Positions 1 through 11,987 of a DNA stretch of 64,000 nt are shown piece by piece. The DNA is from an uncultured Sphingomonadaceae bacterium. GTDB taxonomy: Bacteria > Pseudomonadota > Alphaproteobacteria > Sphingomonadales > Sphingomonadaceae. The position numbers and the translations under genes are program-made. The notes beneath the pieces were generated by a model. That model did no database searches. It was given only the letters and a program-made list of their open reading frames with translations, and had not been told where the DNA came from. Location of the stretch: NCBI GenBank assembly GCA_947488845.1, contig CANLBM010000002.1:86799-150798 (forward strand), written 5' to 3'. The stretch's first letter is position 1. Every line of letters starts with the position of its first letter.

Positions 1-855
1 GGACTTGATCTTCCAGCCCGATTTCAACAGAAAATAACATAATATCGTGAGGCCGATGTTGATCGCCAATAATATCAGCGCGCCCGCCACTATCGGCGAA
101 TCCGCCACGCCAAGAAAGCCGTAGCGGAATCCAGAGATCGCATAGAAAAACGGGTTGACGTGGCTCACGGCCTGAAACACCGGCGACAGGCGGTCGATCG
201 AATAAAATGTCCCGGACAGCAGCGCCAATGGCGCAACCACAAAATTGGTAACGGCAGCGGCATGATCGAATTTCTCCGCCCAGATCGATGTCAGCACGCC
301 GAGCAGTGACAACATTGCGGCCCCCATGGCGCCGAACCAGAGCACCGCCCACCAATGCGCAATTCCGACATCAACGCCGGGCCAGATGAACATCGCCAGC
401 CAGACCGCAAAGCCGACCAGTGCTGCCCGTGTCATCGAAGCACCGACCAGCGCCGCCAGCAATTCCCCGACCGACAATGGTGGAGTCAGATAGTCGATGA
501 TCGTGCCCTGGATCTTGCCGACCAGCATCGAAAAGCTGCTGTTGGCGAATGCATTTTGCAACATGCCCATGCAGATCAGGCCGGGCGCGATAAAGTCGGC
601 AAACGGCACACCCATTACGCTACGATCGCCACGACCCATGGCAACGGTGAATATCACCAGAAACAATAATGTGGTGATCGAAGGTGCCCAGACCGTTTGC
701 AGCTGAACCTTGAAGAACCGCCGCACTTCTTTCCCGTAAAGGGCTGAAAATCCGGCCCAATTGACTCCGCGAATGACGGGCACACCCGGCTCGGCAAAGC
801 GCGTGGCATTGAACGGAAGGTCTGATGGGTGATTTTTTTCGGGTTCGTCGAGCAT
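1..855 (-). CDS. ABC-2 type transporter permease (YadH-like); stop codon lies just left of the window
   Basis: Translated by hand from ATG at 855: ...KEVRRFFKVQLQTVWAPSITTLLFLVIF...FIAPGLICMGMLQNAFANSSFS...; hydrophobic; frame stays open to base 1, ending SGWKIKS. Not in the ORF track because it is truncated. Confidence 0.85.
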   Translation of the reverse strand, partial: MLDEPEKNHPSDLPFNATRFAEPGVPVIRGVNWAGFSALYGKEVRRFFKVQLQTVWAPSITTLLFLVIFTVAMGRGDRSVMGVPFADFIAPGLICMGMLQNAFANSSFSMLVGKIQGTIIDYLTPPLSVGELLAALVGASMTRAALVGFAVWLAMFIWPGVDVGIAHWWAVLWFGAMGAAMLSLLGVLTSIWAEKFDHAAAVTNFVVAPLALLSGTFYSIDRLSPVFQAVSHVNPFFYAISGFRYGFLGVADSPIVAGALILLAINIGLTILCYFLLKSGWKIKS

Positions 856-987
856 ATTCCTTCCGCCTATCGGCTCCCAGTGCCAATCACAAGCCTATAT
901 TGCGCTGCGACCCGACCATTAACGTGGTTGTATATTAACCCCGGCAACCCTATATCGCCCCCGAACTCGAGATGATTAGGACTTTGC

Positions 988-1662
988 ATGGCTTGGACGG
1001 ATGAGCGGATCGATTCGCTGAAGAATATGTGGGAAAAAGGCCTGACTGCCAGCCAGATCGCAGAAGAACTGGGCGGCGTCAGTCGTAACGCTGTGATCGG
1101 CAAGGCCCATCGCCTTGGCCTGAAGTCACGCCCATCCCCGGTAAAAGCCAAGCCGAAAGCCAAAAAAGACGCAAAGCCGGCGGCCAAACCGAAAAAGCCA
1201 CCGGCAAAGGCTGGCGCCGTCGCCAAGCCGAAGGAAGAGCACGTCGCGCGTCGTGCCATGCCACCCCCAACGCCGGCAGCCCGTACCCATGCAGCACAAC
1301 AGGCCCGTCAGCCCAAGCATGACGGACCGAAGATCGTTTCCGTCGGCCCCGGCGGCTTCTTGCGTCAAGGTCCCGGCGACCAGCAGGCGCCGATTCCACC
1401 AGCGCCGCCCCGCCGTCTGGTTCCAGCCAAGCCAAGCGAAGAAATTGCCGACAAGACCAGCCTGCTCGACCTGAACGACAAAATCTGTCGCTGGCCGATC
1501 AACCATCCCGGCGAACCCGACTTCCATTTTTGCGGGGAAGAAGTGAATCCGGGATTTCCTTATTGCGTCGAACATTGCGGTCGCGCGTTCCAGGCCCAAT
1601 TGCCTCGTGGTGCCCGTCGCGCACCGCCACCGCTGCCTTTTGGCGGACCGCGGGTTCGCTGA
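988..1662 (+). CDS. gcrA: GcrA cell-cycle regulator
   Basis: N-terminal MAWTDERIDSLKNMWEKGLTASQIAEELGGVSRNAVIGKAHRLGL; C-terminal CRWP...FHFCG...YCVEH cysteine motif. Confidence 0.95.
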   Translation: MAWTDERIDSLKNMWEKGLTASQIAEELGGVSRNAVIGKAHRLGLKSRPSPVKAKPKAKKDAKPAAKPKKPPAKAGAVAKPKEEHVARRAMPPPTPAARTHAAQQARQPKHDGPKIVSVGPGGFLRQGPGDQQAPIPPAPPRRLVPAKPSEEIADKTSLLDLNDKICRWPINHPGEPDFHFCGEEVNPGFPYCVEHCGRAFQAQLPRGARRAPPPLPFGGPRVR

Positions 1663-1694
1663 ACAAACCGCCAAATCACAAGATTTTTCAATGT

Positions 1695-3745
<2,051 letters not shown>

Positions 3746-3783
3746 TGGTTGGAACCTGACTGAATAGGGTTAGGGAGATTATC

Positions 3784-5091
3784 GTGCGGTTTTTATATGT
3801 CTTCGCTCTTTGCCTTCTGCCTCTTTCCTTCGGGTTTAATGCGAGTTCAGCCAGAGCGCAGACACATTCCGATATATCCAATCAGCTTTCGACCCGCGCC
3901 AATGATGTGCTCCGACTGCTGCGGGGTGAAGAAATCGAAGCCGAGGTTTTCGACGAGAATTTCCGCAACGCCGTGCCGCCTGCCCAGTTCCGTACGCTAA
4001 CCGGGCAAGTACGAACGCAGCACGGACAAGCGGTGGAGATTGCGTCAATCACCCCGCGCAACGCCAATTCCGCGATCCTCAAGATACGTTTTGAAAAAGC
4101 GATAGTTACGGTCAACATTGATCTCGAAAACACCCCCCCGCATCGTATTTCCGGCCTCCTCCTTACGGGGTTCGAAGCCGATGCCGGCTCGCTCGATGAT
4201 GTGATCGCTGCGATTGATGCCCTGCCCGGTCGTCAGGGAATATTGATCCGGCAACTGGATGCGCCCACCCTCCCGCCTGTCGTGGCGGTGGATCCCGACG
4301 CCCGCTATGCCATCGCTTCCACATTCAAACTCTATATATTGGCCGAGCTCGACCGCGCCGTGCGAGCCGGTGAGCGACAATGGTCCGATGTCGTGCAACT
4401 GGGCCCGAAATCCCATCCGTCCGGCATCAGCCAGAACTGGCCCGACCGGTCGCCGGTCACGCTCCACACGCTCGCAACCCTGATGATCTCGATCAGCGAC
4501 AATAGTGCTACCGATACGTTGATCCGGGTGCTCGGACAGAATAAGCTAGCCGGAATTGTGAAAGCAACGGGCCACCATAACCCGGACGAGCTGCGTCCCT
4601 TGCTGATGACGCGCCAGGCATCGGCCCTGAAGATGCCGGCCCATGCAGAGCAGCGAGAACAATATCTCAACGCCGGTCCGGCTGAACGCGAACAGATGCT
4701 CGCAAAATTCGACAGTGCGTTGACCCTGGACAGCGTCGATTCCCGGATATTGACACACGGCCCGAATTTTATCGATCAGCTGGAATGGTTTGCGACCCCG
4801 GCGGACATCGTCCGGTTGCTCGATTATCTGCGCCGAAACGCGAGCGAGGAAAGCCTGGCCCTATTGGCGATCAGTCTAGGTATCGGCCGGGATGCGGCCG
4901 AAAAATGGAGCTATTTTGGCTATAAGGGTGGGTCGGAACCAGGCGTATTGTCCTTCAATTTCCTGCTGCGGTCGAAAGCCGGCAAAGATTACGCCGTCTC
5001 CGTCAACTGGAATAATGAAGAAATATCACTGCAGGAGAGTGAACTACTGGCCCTGACCACACGCCTGATAAATTTGCTCGCGGAGCAATAG
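3784..5091 (+). CDS. Secreted serine hydrolase, class A beta-lactamase/PBP-like fold with an extra N-terminal domain (LpqF/ORF12-like)
   Basis: Signal-peptide-like N-terminus; SxxK (ASTFK), SDN and KGG motifs in class A order. Confidence 0.75.
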   Translation: MRFLYVFALCLLPLSFGFNASSARAQTHSDISNQLSTRANDVLRLLRGEEIEAEVFDENFRNAVPPAQFRTLTGQVRTQHGQAVEIASITPRNANSAILKIRFEKAIVTVNIDLENTPPHRISGLLLTGFEADAGSLDDVIAAIDALPGRQGILIRQLDAPTLPPVVAVDPDARYAIASTFKLYILAELDRAVRAGERQWSDVVQLGPKSHPSGISQNWPDRSPVTLHTLATLMISISDNSATDTLIRVLGQNKLAGIVKATGHHNPDELRPLLMTRQASALKMPAHAEQREQYLNAGPAEREQMLAKFDSALTLDSVDSRILTHGPNFIDQLEWFATPADIVRLLDYLRRNASEESLALLAISLGIGRDAAEKWSYFGYKGGSEPGVLSFNFLLRSKAGKDYAVSVNWNNEEISLQESELLALTTRLINLLAEQ

Positions 5092-5108
5092 GCGAATACG
5101 AGACCAGG

Positions 5109-5906
5109 CTATGCGCCCGCCAGCGCCTCGACCAGCGCCTTGACCTTCTGCTGCCGCCATTGCGGGAGCGGCGCCATCAGCCAATAGCCGCGCGAGGACA
5201 CGCTGTCTTCGCCGATGATCTCGATCCGCCCGGCGGCGAGATCGCGCTGGGCCAGCATTTTGGGAACCCAGGCATAGCCGAAGCCATTGACCGCCGCCTC
5301 TATTGCAAGACCGCCATCGGCGACGCGCATCAGCGTTTCCTCGCCTTCGGAAATCGGGCAGCCCGGCCAGTCAATCTTGTTGCCGCCCTTCTGGCCCGGA
5401 GCCGAAACCTTCACGAACACCGTATCGCCCAGCATCTTGCCTTCATGCTGTCCCGGTCCGTCGCCCAGCCATACCGCGACATCGAGATTGGCTTCGGTGA
5501 AATCAATTTCATCATCCGCCGCGACCAGCGCGAAGCTGGTATCCGGATGGTCGGCGGAAAAACTGGCCAGTCTCTCGTTCAGCCATTTCTGGGTGAAGTC
5601 ACGCGGTGCCGCGATCGTCAGCTTGTGGGAGGACTGGCCCGACTGCATAGCGCGTACAGCCTCTTCAAATTGCAGAAAACCGGAGCGGAGCGCATCGAGA
5701 CCCGCCGCTGCTTCGTCGGTCAGTTCGAGACCTTTGGGCGTGCGCCGGAACATCACCACGCCAAGCATGTCCTCGAGCGCACGGATTTGCTGCCCGACCG
5801 CAGCGGGCGTTACCGCCAGTTCATCGGCCGCTTTGGTGAAGCTCAGGTGCCGTGCCGCAGCATCGAGCACGCGCAGCCCGTTCAGTGGCAAATGGGTGCG
5901 CTTCAT
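5109..5906 (-). CDS. LysR-family transcriptional regulator (GcvA-like)
   Basis: MKRTHLPLNGLRVLDAAARHLSFTKAADELAVTPAAVGQQIRALE helix-turn-helix; ATG at 5906 overlaps the apaG stop (ATGA). Confidence 0.9.
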   Translation of the reverse strand: MKRTHLPLNGLRVLDAAARHLSFTKAADELAVTPAAVGQQIRALEDMLGVVMFRRTPKGLELTDEAAAGLDALRSGFLQFEEAVRAMQSGQSSHKLTIAAPRDFTQKWLNERLASFSADHPDTSFALVAADDEIDFTEANLDVAVWLGDGPGQHEGKMLGDTVFVKVSAPGQKGGNKIDWPGCPISEGEETLMRVADGGLAIEAAVNGFGYAWVPKMLAQRDLAAGRIEIIGEDSVSSRGYWLMAPLPQWRQQKVKALVEALAGA

Positions 5907-6307
5907 TGCTCGACCGTGGGTTCGGAAAGAATGAAACGGGGGATACGGACTTCGAAGGCCGGTGGCGTGCTGCCGACCATGACAAAATGGCCTTCCATCG
6001 AACCGCGCTGGGTATTGAGCGGGCAACCCGATACATAATCATGCGCTTTGCCCGGCTGGATAATCGGCTGTTCGCCGACCACGCCATCGCCGTCGACCAT
6101 TTGCAGTCCGCCGCGCTCGTCGTTGATCCGCCAGTGCCTGGTCAGCAATTGCACCGCCGTGTCGCGATGATTTTCGATCCGGACATGATAGGCCCAGAAC
6201 CAGCGCTTGCTATCGATGTCCGATTGCTCGGGCAGGAAGGTCACGGAAACGCGGACGGTGACCCCGTCGGTGGTTTCGGCAAACGGAAAGAATGATTCCA
6301 TCAGCAT
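5903..6307 (-). CDS. apaG: ApaG domain protein
   Basis: WAYHVRIEN, QLLTRHWRI, GDGVVGEQP, YVSGCPL..GSMEG motifs. Confidence 0.93.
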   Translation of the reverse strand: MLMESFFPFAETTDGVTVRVSVTFLPEQSDIDSKRWFWAYHVRIENHRDTAVQLLTRHWRINDERGGLQMVDGDGVVGEQPIIQPGKAHDYVSGCPLNTQRGSMEGHFVMVGSTPPAFEVRIPRFILSEPTVEQ

Positions 6308-6316
6308 GTTATAGTG

Positions 6317-7525
6317 TCAAAGCCCCACTGACGAAAGGGCCTGATCCAGATCTTCGATCAAATCGATCGGATCCTCGAGGCCAACGTTGATCCGCAGCAT
6401 GTCCTCGGTAATCCCGATTTCCAGCCTCGATTCCTCTGCCAAACCGTAATGCGTGGTAGAGGCGGGATGACACATCAGCGAACGGCTATCCCCGATATTG
6501 TTCGAAATATCGATCAGGTTCAATGCATTGAGCAGAGCATGCGCCCTTGCCCGGCCACCGCCGACATAGAGCGAGAAGATAGGCCCGGCAGCTTCCATCT
6601 GGCTCATCGCGAGATTGTGTTGCGGATGACTGGGCAGGCCCGGAAGCAGGACTTTCTCGACCCGTTGCTCGAGAAACTTGCCCACTTCGAGCGCATTGCC
6701 GCTCTGCCGGCGGATGCGCAGGTCGAGCGTTTCCAGCCCCTTGAGCACGACCCACGCGTTAAACGCACTCAATGTGGGACCGGTGTTGCGGATGAAAGCA
6801 AGCAGCGGACCTTCGATAAATTCCTCGGTGCCACAGACGGCACCGGCCAGCACACGCCCCTGCCCGTCCATCATCTTGGTGGCGCTATAGGCGACCACAT
6901 CGGCGCCAAATTCCATTGGCCGCTGGAGCATGTTGGTGGCGAAGGCATTGTCGACGACGCTGACGATGCCCTTGGCCCGCGCCAGCGAACAGACGCTGCG
7001 CAGGTCGATCACTTCCATGGTCGGGTTGGCCGGGGTTTCGAAAAAGAATACCTTGGTCTTCCGCGTAATCGCCTGTTCCCAATTCTCGATCTCGCGGCCG
7101 TCGATCACGGTGGTCTCGATGCCGAATTTGGGCAGCAGACTGTCGGTCAGCCAGCGGCAGGACCCGAACAGGGCGCGGCTGGCAACAACATGATCGCCCG
7201 CCTCCAGCTGGCACAGCAAGGCAGCGGTCATGGCGGCCATGCCCGATGCGGTGGCCCGGCAGGCCTCCGCGCCTTCCATGATTGCGATCCGCTCTTCCAG
7301 CATCCGCACCGTGGGGTTTTGCAGGCGGCTGTAGGTCATGCCGTCCTGTTCGCCGGCGAAGCGGGCAGCCGCGTCTTCGGCGCAGTCATAGCTATAGCCG
7401 GATGTCAGGAACAGAGCTTCGGATGTCTCGCCGAATTCGCTGCGCATCGTACCGCTGCGAATCGCCTGGGTAGCCGGACGCCAGTTCTTGGTGACATTGC
7501 GGTTTTGGCCCGTGTTTCTTTTCAT
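6317..7525 (-). CDS. metZ: O-succinylhomoserine sulfhydrylase (PLP trans-sulfuration family)
   Basis: YSRLQNPT, SGMAA, ETPANPT, VDNAFAT, YSATKMMDGQGR (PLP lysine), NIGDSRSL. Confidence 0.9.
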   Translation of the reverse strand: MKRNTGQNRNVTKNWRPATQAIRSGTMRSEFGETSEALFLTSGYSYDCAEDAAARFAGEQDGMTYSRLQNPTVRMLEERIAIMEGAEACRATASGMAAMTAALLCQLEAGDHVVASRALFGSCRWLTDSLLPKFGIETTVIDGREIENWEQAITRKTKVFFFETPANPTMEVIDLRSVCSLARAKGIVSVVDNAFATNMLQRPMEFGADVVAYSATKMMDGQGRVLAGAVCGTEEFIEGPLLAFIRNTGPTLSAFNAWVVLKGLETLDLRIRRQSGNALEVGKFLEQRVEKVLLPGLPSHPQHNLAMSQMEAAGPIFSLYVGGGRARAHALLNALNLIDISNNIGDSRSLMCHPASTTHYGLAEESRLEIGITEDMLRINVGLEDPIDLIEDLDQALSSVGL

Positions 7526-7534
7526 ATCGCTTCC

Positions 7535-8587
7535 CTAGCCGCCCGTCAGTTGCGCGACAATAGCGTCGCCGATTTCACTGGTCGACGCTGTGCCGCCAAG
7601 ATCATGACCGAGAACACCTTGTGCCAGTACGGCGGCCACTGCGGCTTCGATCCGGTCAGCCTCGGCGTGCATGCCGAAACTGTGCCGCAACATCATCGCG
7701 GCGGATAATATCATCGCCGAGGGATTGGCAATCCCCTGCCCGGCGATATCCGGCGCGCTGCCGTGGATCGGCTCGTAAAGGCCCTTGGTGCCTTCGCCGA
7801 GAGAGGCCGAGGCCAGCAGGCCGATCGACCCGACACACATGCTCGCCTGGTCGGACAATATGTCTCCGAACAGATTGCCGGTCACGACGACGTCAAACTG
7901 GCCCGGGTTGCGCACCAGCTGCATCGCGGCATTGTCGACATACATGTGGCTGAGCTCGACTTCCGGATATTCGCTCGACAGCTCGGTCACCACGTCGCGC
8001 CACAATTGCGATGTTTCCAGCACATTGGCCTTGTCGACGGAGCAGAGCCGCTTGTCACGGCCCATGGCGGTCTTGAAAGCGACATGGGCGATCCGCCGGA
8101 CCTCGCTCTCGTCATAGGACATGACATCATAGCCTTCGCGCAGGCCATCGGCGGTTTTGCGCATGCCCTTTTCACCGAAATAGACGTCACCATTCAACTC
8201 GCGGACGATCACAACATCGATGCTGCGGGCGATTTCCGGCTTCAGACCGGAGGCATCTTCCATCCCCGGAAACATTTTCGCGGGCCGCAAATTGGCAAAG
8301 GTCTGCATTTCCTTGCGCAGGCCGAGCACCGCCTGCTCGGGGCGCAAATGGCGTTCGAGATTGTCGCAAGACGGATCACCCACCGCGCCGAACAGGACCG
8401 CATCGGCCGACTTCGCCAGTGCGACCGTTTCCGGCGGCAGAGGATGCCCATGGTTACGATAGGCGATACCGCCGACATCCGCGTGCTCCAGCCGCAGGTC
8501 CGGCAAGTCCATAGCCTCGAGTACGCGTAGCGCCTCGACCATGATTTCCTGACCAATCCCGTCGCCGGCAAGCACTGCAATAAGCAT
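7535..8587 (-). CDS. leuB: 3-isopropylmalate dehydrogenase
   Basis: [46 protein letters not shown]. Confidence 0.96.
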   Translation of the reverse strand: MLIAVLAGDGIGQEIMVEALRVLEAMDLPDLRLEHADVGGIAYRNHGHPLPPETVALAKSADAVLFGAVGDPSCDNLERHLRPEQAVLGLRKEMQTFANLRPAKMFPGMEDASGLKPEIARSIDVVIVRELNGDVYFGEKGMRKTADGLREGYDVMSYDESEVRRIAHVAFKTAMGRDKRLCSVDKANVLETSQLWRDVVTELSSEYPEVELSHMYVDNAAMQLVRNPGQFDVVVTGNLFGDILSDQASMCVGSIGLLASASLGEGTKGLYEPIHGSAPDIAGQGIANPSAMILSAAMMLRHSFGMHAEADRIEAAVAAVLAQGVLGHDLGGTASTSEIGDAIVAQLTGG

Positions 8588-8635
8588 GAAATTTCCTTCT
8601 TGTGAATGCGCCGCTTCCTGCCGAGAATCACGCGA

Positions 8636-9370
8636 TTAGGCAACCACCCTTTTCAGCCGATCAACAAGAACCGATCGCGCCGCCATCATATCCTTGCGGC
8701 CCTCGTCAAAAAAATGGCGTTTGAGAAAAAAACCCGTGACGCGCAATCCATCGAATATGTCATCCCATTCGGGGGGTGTCGGCTCTGTCAGAAAGGCCGG
8801 GAGCGGCAAAAGGCGGTCCTTGTACAGTGCGCCCGCTCCTGCACTGACCGCCGTCGCGCTCTTTGGACTGATATAGACCAGATCCTCGGCCGAACCGGTC
8901 ACCGCGCATTTATCCAGCGCCAGGCCAAAGCCCAGTTCCGAAAGCAGCAACAACTCGTAGCGCACCAGAGCCACCGCCCAACCCTTGGCAGACGGAGCGC
9001 CGCATATCGCGTCCAGCAGGGCCGACAGGGCGGAATGGATTTGCGGATAGCTATGTTCTTCCGGCAAGGTCGCCGCGGTCAAGGCGGTCACCCAGTCCAG
9101 CGCCGCGCTGGCCAGGGGCTCGCCGAGAAACGGCCCGCGGCTCAATTGCAATTCCGCAGTCATCGACGCCAATTGATCCTCGGTCCGCGCGCGATAATCG
9201 GCCTGCACGATATTGGACGGGATCAGCACCGGACGCATCGTCCGGGAGTGGGCGCCGCGAACATAGCCGGCGACCAGTCCGTTTTCGGGGGTCAGCGAAC
9301 GGACCACCGCGCCATGTTCGCCATGGGCGCGGACCGAGCAGATGATGGCTGAGGTGCGAAGGCTACCCAT
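8636..9370 (-). CDS. recO: DNA repair protein RecO
   Basis: HGEHGAVV OB-fold start, YELLLLSELGFGLALDKCAVTG, YISPKSATAVS; start placed at ATG 9370, overlapping the uvrC end. Confidence 0.92.
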   Translation of the reverse strand: MGSLRTSAIICSVRAHGEHGAVVRSLTPENGLVAGYVRGAHSRTMRPVLIPSNIVQADYRARTEDQLASMTAELQLSRGPFLGEPLASAALDWVTALTAATLPEEHSYPQIHSALSALLDAICGAPSAKGWAVALVRYELLLLSELGFGLALDKCAVTGSAEDLVYISPKSATAVSAGAGALYKDRLLPLPAFLTEPTPPEWDDIFDGLRVTGFFLKRHFFDEGRKDMMAARSVLVDRLKRVVA

Positions 9371-11300
9371 GAAAATAATCGTAAATCTTCTGCGCCACGG
9401 TCGCCGACACGCCGGGCGCGCCCTGCAGATCATCCAGCGAGGCGTTCTTGACCGCCCGCGCTGTGCCGAAATGCAGCAATAGCGCCTTTTTCCGGGCCGG
9501 ACCTATGCCCGGCACGTCATCCAGCGAACTGTGGCCGACGGATTTGGCGCGCCGCGTCCGGTGCGCGCCGATCGCAAAGCGGTGCGCTTCGTCGCGCAGG
9601 CGCTGGAGATAGAAAAGCACCGGGCTGTTCATCGGCAGGTTGATCTGGCGGCCGTCTGGAAGGTGGAATGTCTCGCGTCCGGCATTGCGGTCCGGTCCCT
9701 TGGAAACGCCGATCATCACGACATCCTCGACCCCGATTTCGGCCAGAGCGCCACGCGCTGCGCTCATCTGGCCCTTGCCACCGTCGATCAGGACGAGATC
9801 GGGCCACTCGCCCTTGTCGCGATCCGGGTCCTCTTTCTGCGCGCGTGCAAAACGCCGTTCGAGCACTTCACGCATCATCGCGAAATCGTCGCCTGGCGCG
9901 ATATCCGGGTTCTTGATATTGAACTTGCGATAAGCATTCTTCCGGAAGCCCTCGGGGCCAGCAACAACCATCCCACCGACCATATTGGTCCCCTGAATAT
10001 GACTGTTGTCATAGATTTCGATCCGGTCCGGAACCGCGTCCAGCTCGAGCAGATCGACCATCTCGCGCATGATCTTGGCCTGGGTCGAGGTTTCTGCCAG
10101 ACGACGGTCAAGCGCATCTTCGGCATTGCGACTGGCCTGCGTCAGCAATTTCCGGCGATCCCCGCGCTGCGGTTTCGAGACGCTGACATTATAGTCGGCC
10201 TTGGTGCTCAGCGCCTCGGCCAGCAGCTCCGCATCCGGCAATTCCCGGTCGAGCAGGACCAGCTTCGGCGGTGGCATCTGTTCGTAAAATTGCATCAGGA
10301 AGCTGGAAAACACCTCTCCGATCTCGACGCTGGTCGTGTGGGCGGGAAAGAAGCTGCGATGGCCCCAGTTCTGGCCGCCGCGAATGAAGAAAGCCTGGAT
10401 ACAGACGGTCGAGCCCTTGGCCGCCAGTGCAAAAATATCGGCGTCCGGCAGACCCTGCGCGTTGATCGCCTGGCTGCCCTGGATGAAGGTCAGCGCCTTC
10501 AGCCGGTCGCGATAGACCGCGGCCATTTCAAAATCGAGACCTTCCGACGCCTTCTCCATCGCGCCCCCCAGCTTTTTCTGCACCTCGGTCGACTTGCCCG
10601 AGAGGAAATCGCGCGCATCCTTGACCAGTTCGGCATAATCCTCCTTGCTGATCCGGTCGACACAGGGCGCCGAACAGCGCTTGATTTGGTAAAGCAGGCA
10701 GGGACGCGAGCGGTTATTGAAAAAGCTGTCGGTGCAGGAGCGGAGCAGGAACAGTTTCTGCAGCGCGTTGAGCGTCCGGTTGACCGAACCGGCGCTGGCA
10801 AACGGGCCGAAATATTGGCCCTTGATCCGCTGCGCGCCGCGATGCTTGGTGATCCGAGGGAAATCATGGTCGTCGCGGAGCAGAATGAAGGGGAAGCTCT
10901 TGTCGTCCCTCAACAGCACATTATAGGCGGGCCGGAATTTCTTGATGAGCTGCGCTTCGAGCAGCAACGCCTCGGCTTCGCTGCCGGTGGTGACGATTGT
11001 CATCGAGCGGGTCTGCGCCACCATCCGCATCAATCGCTGTGGCAACCCGTTCATCTGGACATAAGCGCCTACGCGGGACTTTAGCGAGCGCGCCTTGCCG
11101 ACATAGAGAACATCGCCACGCTTGTCCTGCATCCGGTAGACGCCAGGACGTGTGGGAAGTGTATTGAGGACCTCGCGGATCGCCGCCATCCCGGCTTCGA
11201 GATCAGGCGTATCGCCCTCCCCGCGCACCGCATAGGTCGCTTTATCCTCGTTGAAACGGGACGCGGCATTGGGATGATCGGGACGGTCGGCTTTGGACAT
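9363..11300 (-). CDS. uvrC: Excinuclease ABC subunit C
   Basis: GIY-YIG (PGVYRM...YVGKA), EIYDNSH, PDLVLIDGGKGQ, RDEAHRFA, C-terminal HhH (PGIG). Confidence 0.97.
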   Translation of the reverse strand: MSKADRPDHPNAASRFNEDKATYAVRGEGDTPDLEAGMAAIREVLNTLPTRPGVYRMQDKRGDVLYVGKARSLKSRVGAYVQMNGLPQRLMRMVAQTRSMTIVTTGSEAEALLLEAQLIKKFRPAYNVLLRDDKSFPFILLRDDHDFPRITKHRGAQRIKGQYFGPFASAGSVNRTLNALQKLFLLRSCTDSFFNNRSRPCLLYQIKRCSAPCVDRISKEDYAELVKDARDFLSGKSTEVQKKLGGAMEKASEGLDFEMAAVYRDRLKALTFIQGSQAINAQGLPDADIFALAAKGSTVCIQAFFIRGGQNWGHRSFFPAHTTSVEIGEVFSSFLMQFYEQMPPPKLVLLDRELPDAELLAEALSTKADYNVSVSKPQRGDRRKLLTQASRNAEDALDRRLAETSTQAKIMREMVDLLELDAVPDRIEIYDNSHIQGTNMVGGMVVAGPEGFRKNAYRKFNIKNPDIAPGDDFAMMREVLERRFARAQKEDPDRDKGEWPDLVLIDGGKGQMSAARGALAEIGVEDVVMIGVSKGPDRNAGRETFHLPDGRQINLPMNSPVLFYLQRLRDEAHRFAIGAHRTRRAKSVGHSSLDDVPGIGPARKKALLLHFGTARAVKNASLDDLQGAPGVSATVAQKIYDYFHG

Positions 11301-11343
11301 GCAACATATCTAGGGCGGCATGGGACGCAATGCCAGAATCAAT

Positions 11344-11380
11344 CGTTCCGGCATTCCCGCAAAAGCAGAAATCCGGAACG
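11344..11380. repeat. Degenerate CGTC-type REP-like palindrome inside an 8-bp inverted repeat
   Basis: CGTTCCGG-cattcccgcaaaagcagaaat-CCGGAACG; the core resembles GTCATTCCCGCGAAAGCGGGAATCC. Confidence 0.5.
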
Positions 11381-11436
11381 GTGATGTGAAATCAGATTTG
11401 AAAACCGTGTCTCCGCCTGAGCGAAGACGCAGCAGC

Positions 11437-11964
11437 CTAGTTCAGCGTTTTACCGATATCGCCAATGGCCTTGTCGATCAAAGCCTTGTCAGCAGCAGCG
11501 TCATGACGCGCGGCAATCAGGGCTTGCGCTGCCTGGGTTGCTGCTGTCGCTGCCTTGGCCCGAACTTCGGCGATCGCGGACCGTTCTGCCGCGCCGATTT
11601 TTTCTTCCGCCATTTTCTTGCGGCGGGCGACCAGCGCCTTGGTGTCGGCCTCTGCCTGCTTGACCAGAGTAGCCGCTTCCTTTTCGGCATTTTCCATCAG
11701 CGCTTCAGCTTCCGCCTGCGCGCCTGCGGTCTTGGCTTCATATTCCGCTTTCAAAGCCTCGGCTTCCTTGCGGAGATTGGCCGCTTCGTCGAGAGTCTTT
11801 TTGATCTCGGCAATTTGCTTGTCGAGCATAGCGCCAATGATCTTCGGAACCTTTGCCCACAGCATGATGCCGAATACGATCAGCATTCCCACGGCAACCC
11901 AACCGGTTGCATTCAGTCCGAGTGCGCTTGCTTCCGCGCTTTCTGCCAAAATTGTCAATAGCAT
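11437..11964 (-). CDS. atpF: F0F1 ATP synthase subunit b
   Basis: One N-terminal TM helix (GWVAVGMLIVFGIML), LDKQIAEIKKTLDEA coiled coil; position in the atp F0 operon. Confidence 0.92.
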   Translation of the reverse strand: MLLTILAESAEASALGLNATGWVAVGMLIVFGIMLWAKVPKIIGAMLDKQIAEIKKTLDEAANLRKEAEALKAEYEAKTAGAQAEAEALMENAEKEAATLVKQAEADTKALVARRKKMAEEKIGAAERSAIAEVRAKAATAATQAAQALIAARHDAAADKALIDKAIGDIGKTLN

Positions 11965-11987
11965 CGTCTATCTCCTTCAGCAGGCGC

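Noticed and set aside
919-940. CtrA box upstream of gcrA
   Set aside because: The two TTAA are 12 nt apart rather than 7; only a TTAACC half-site, too weak to call.
7526-7534. SAM riboswitch before metZ
   Set aside because: Only 9 bp separate leuB and metZ.
9531-11084. Long antisense or alternative-frame ORFs (also 1688-2812, 6449-7708, 37364-39385, 48754-50454, 57613-58929, 60565-61800)
   Set aside because: They shadow well-supported genes, carry no family motifs, and are expected in GC-rich coding DNA.
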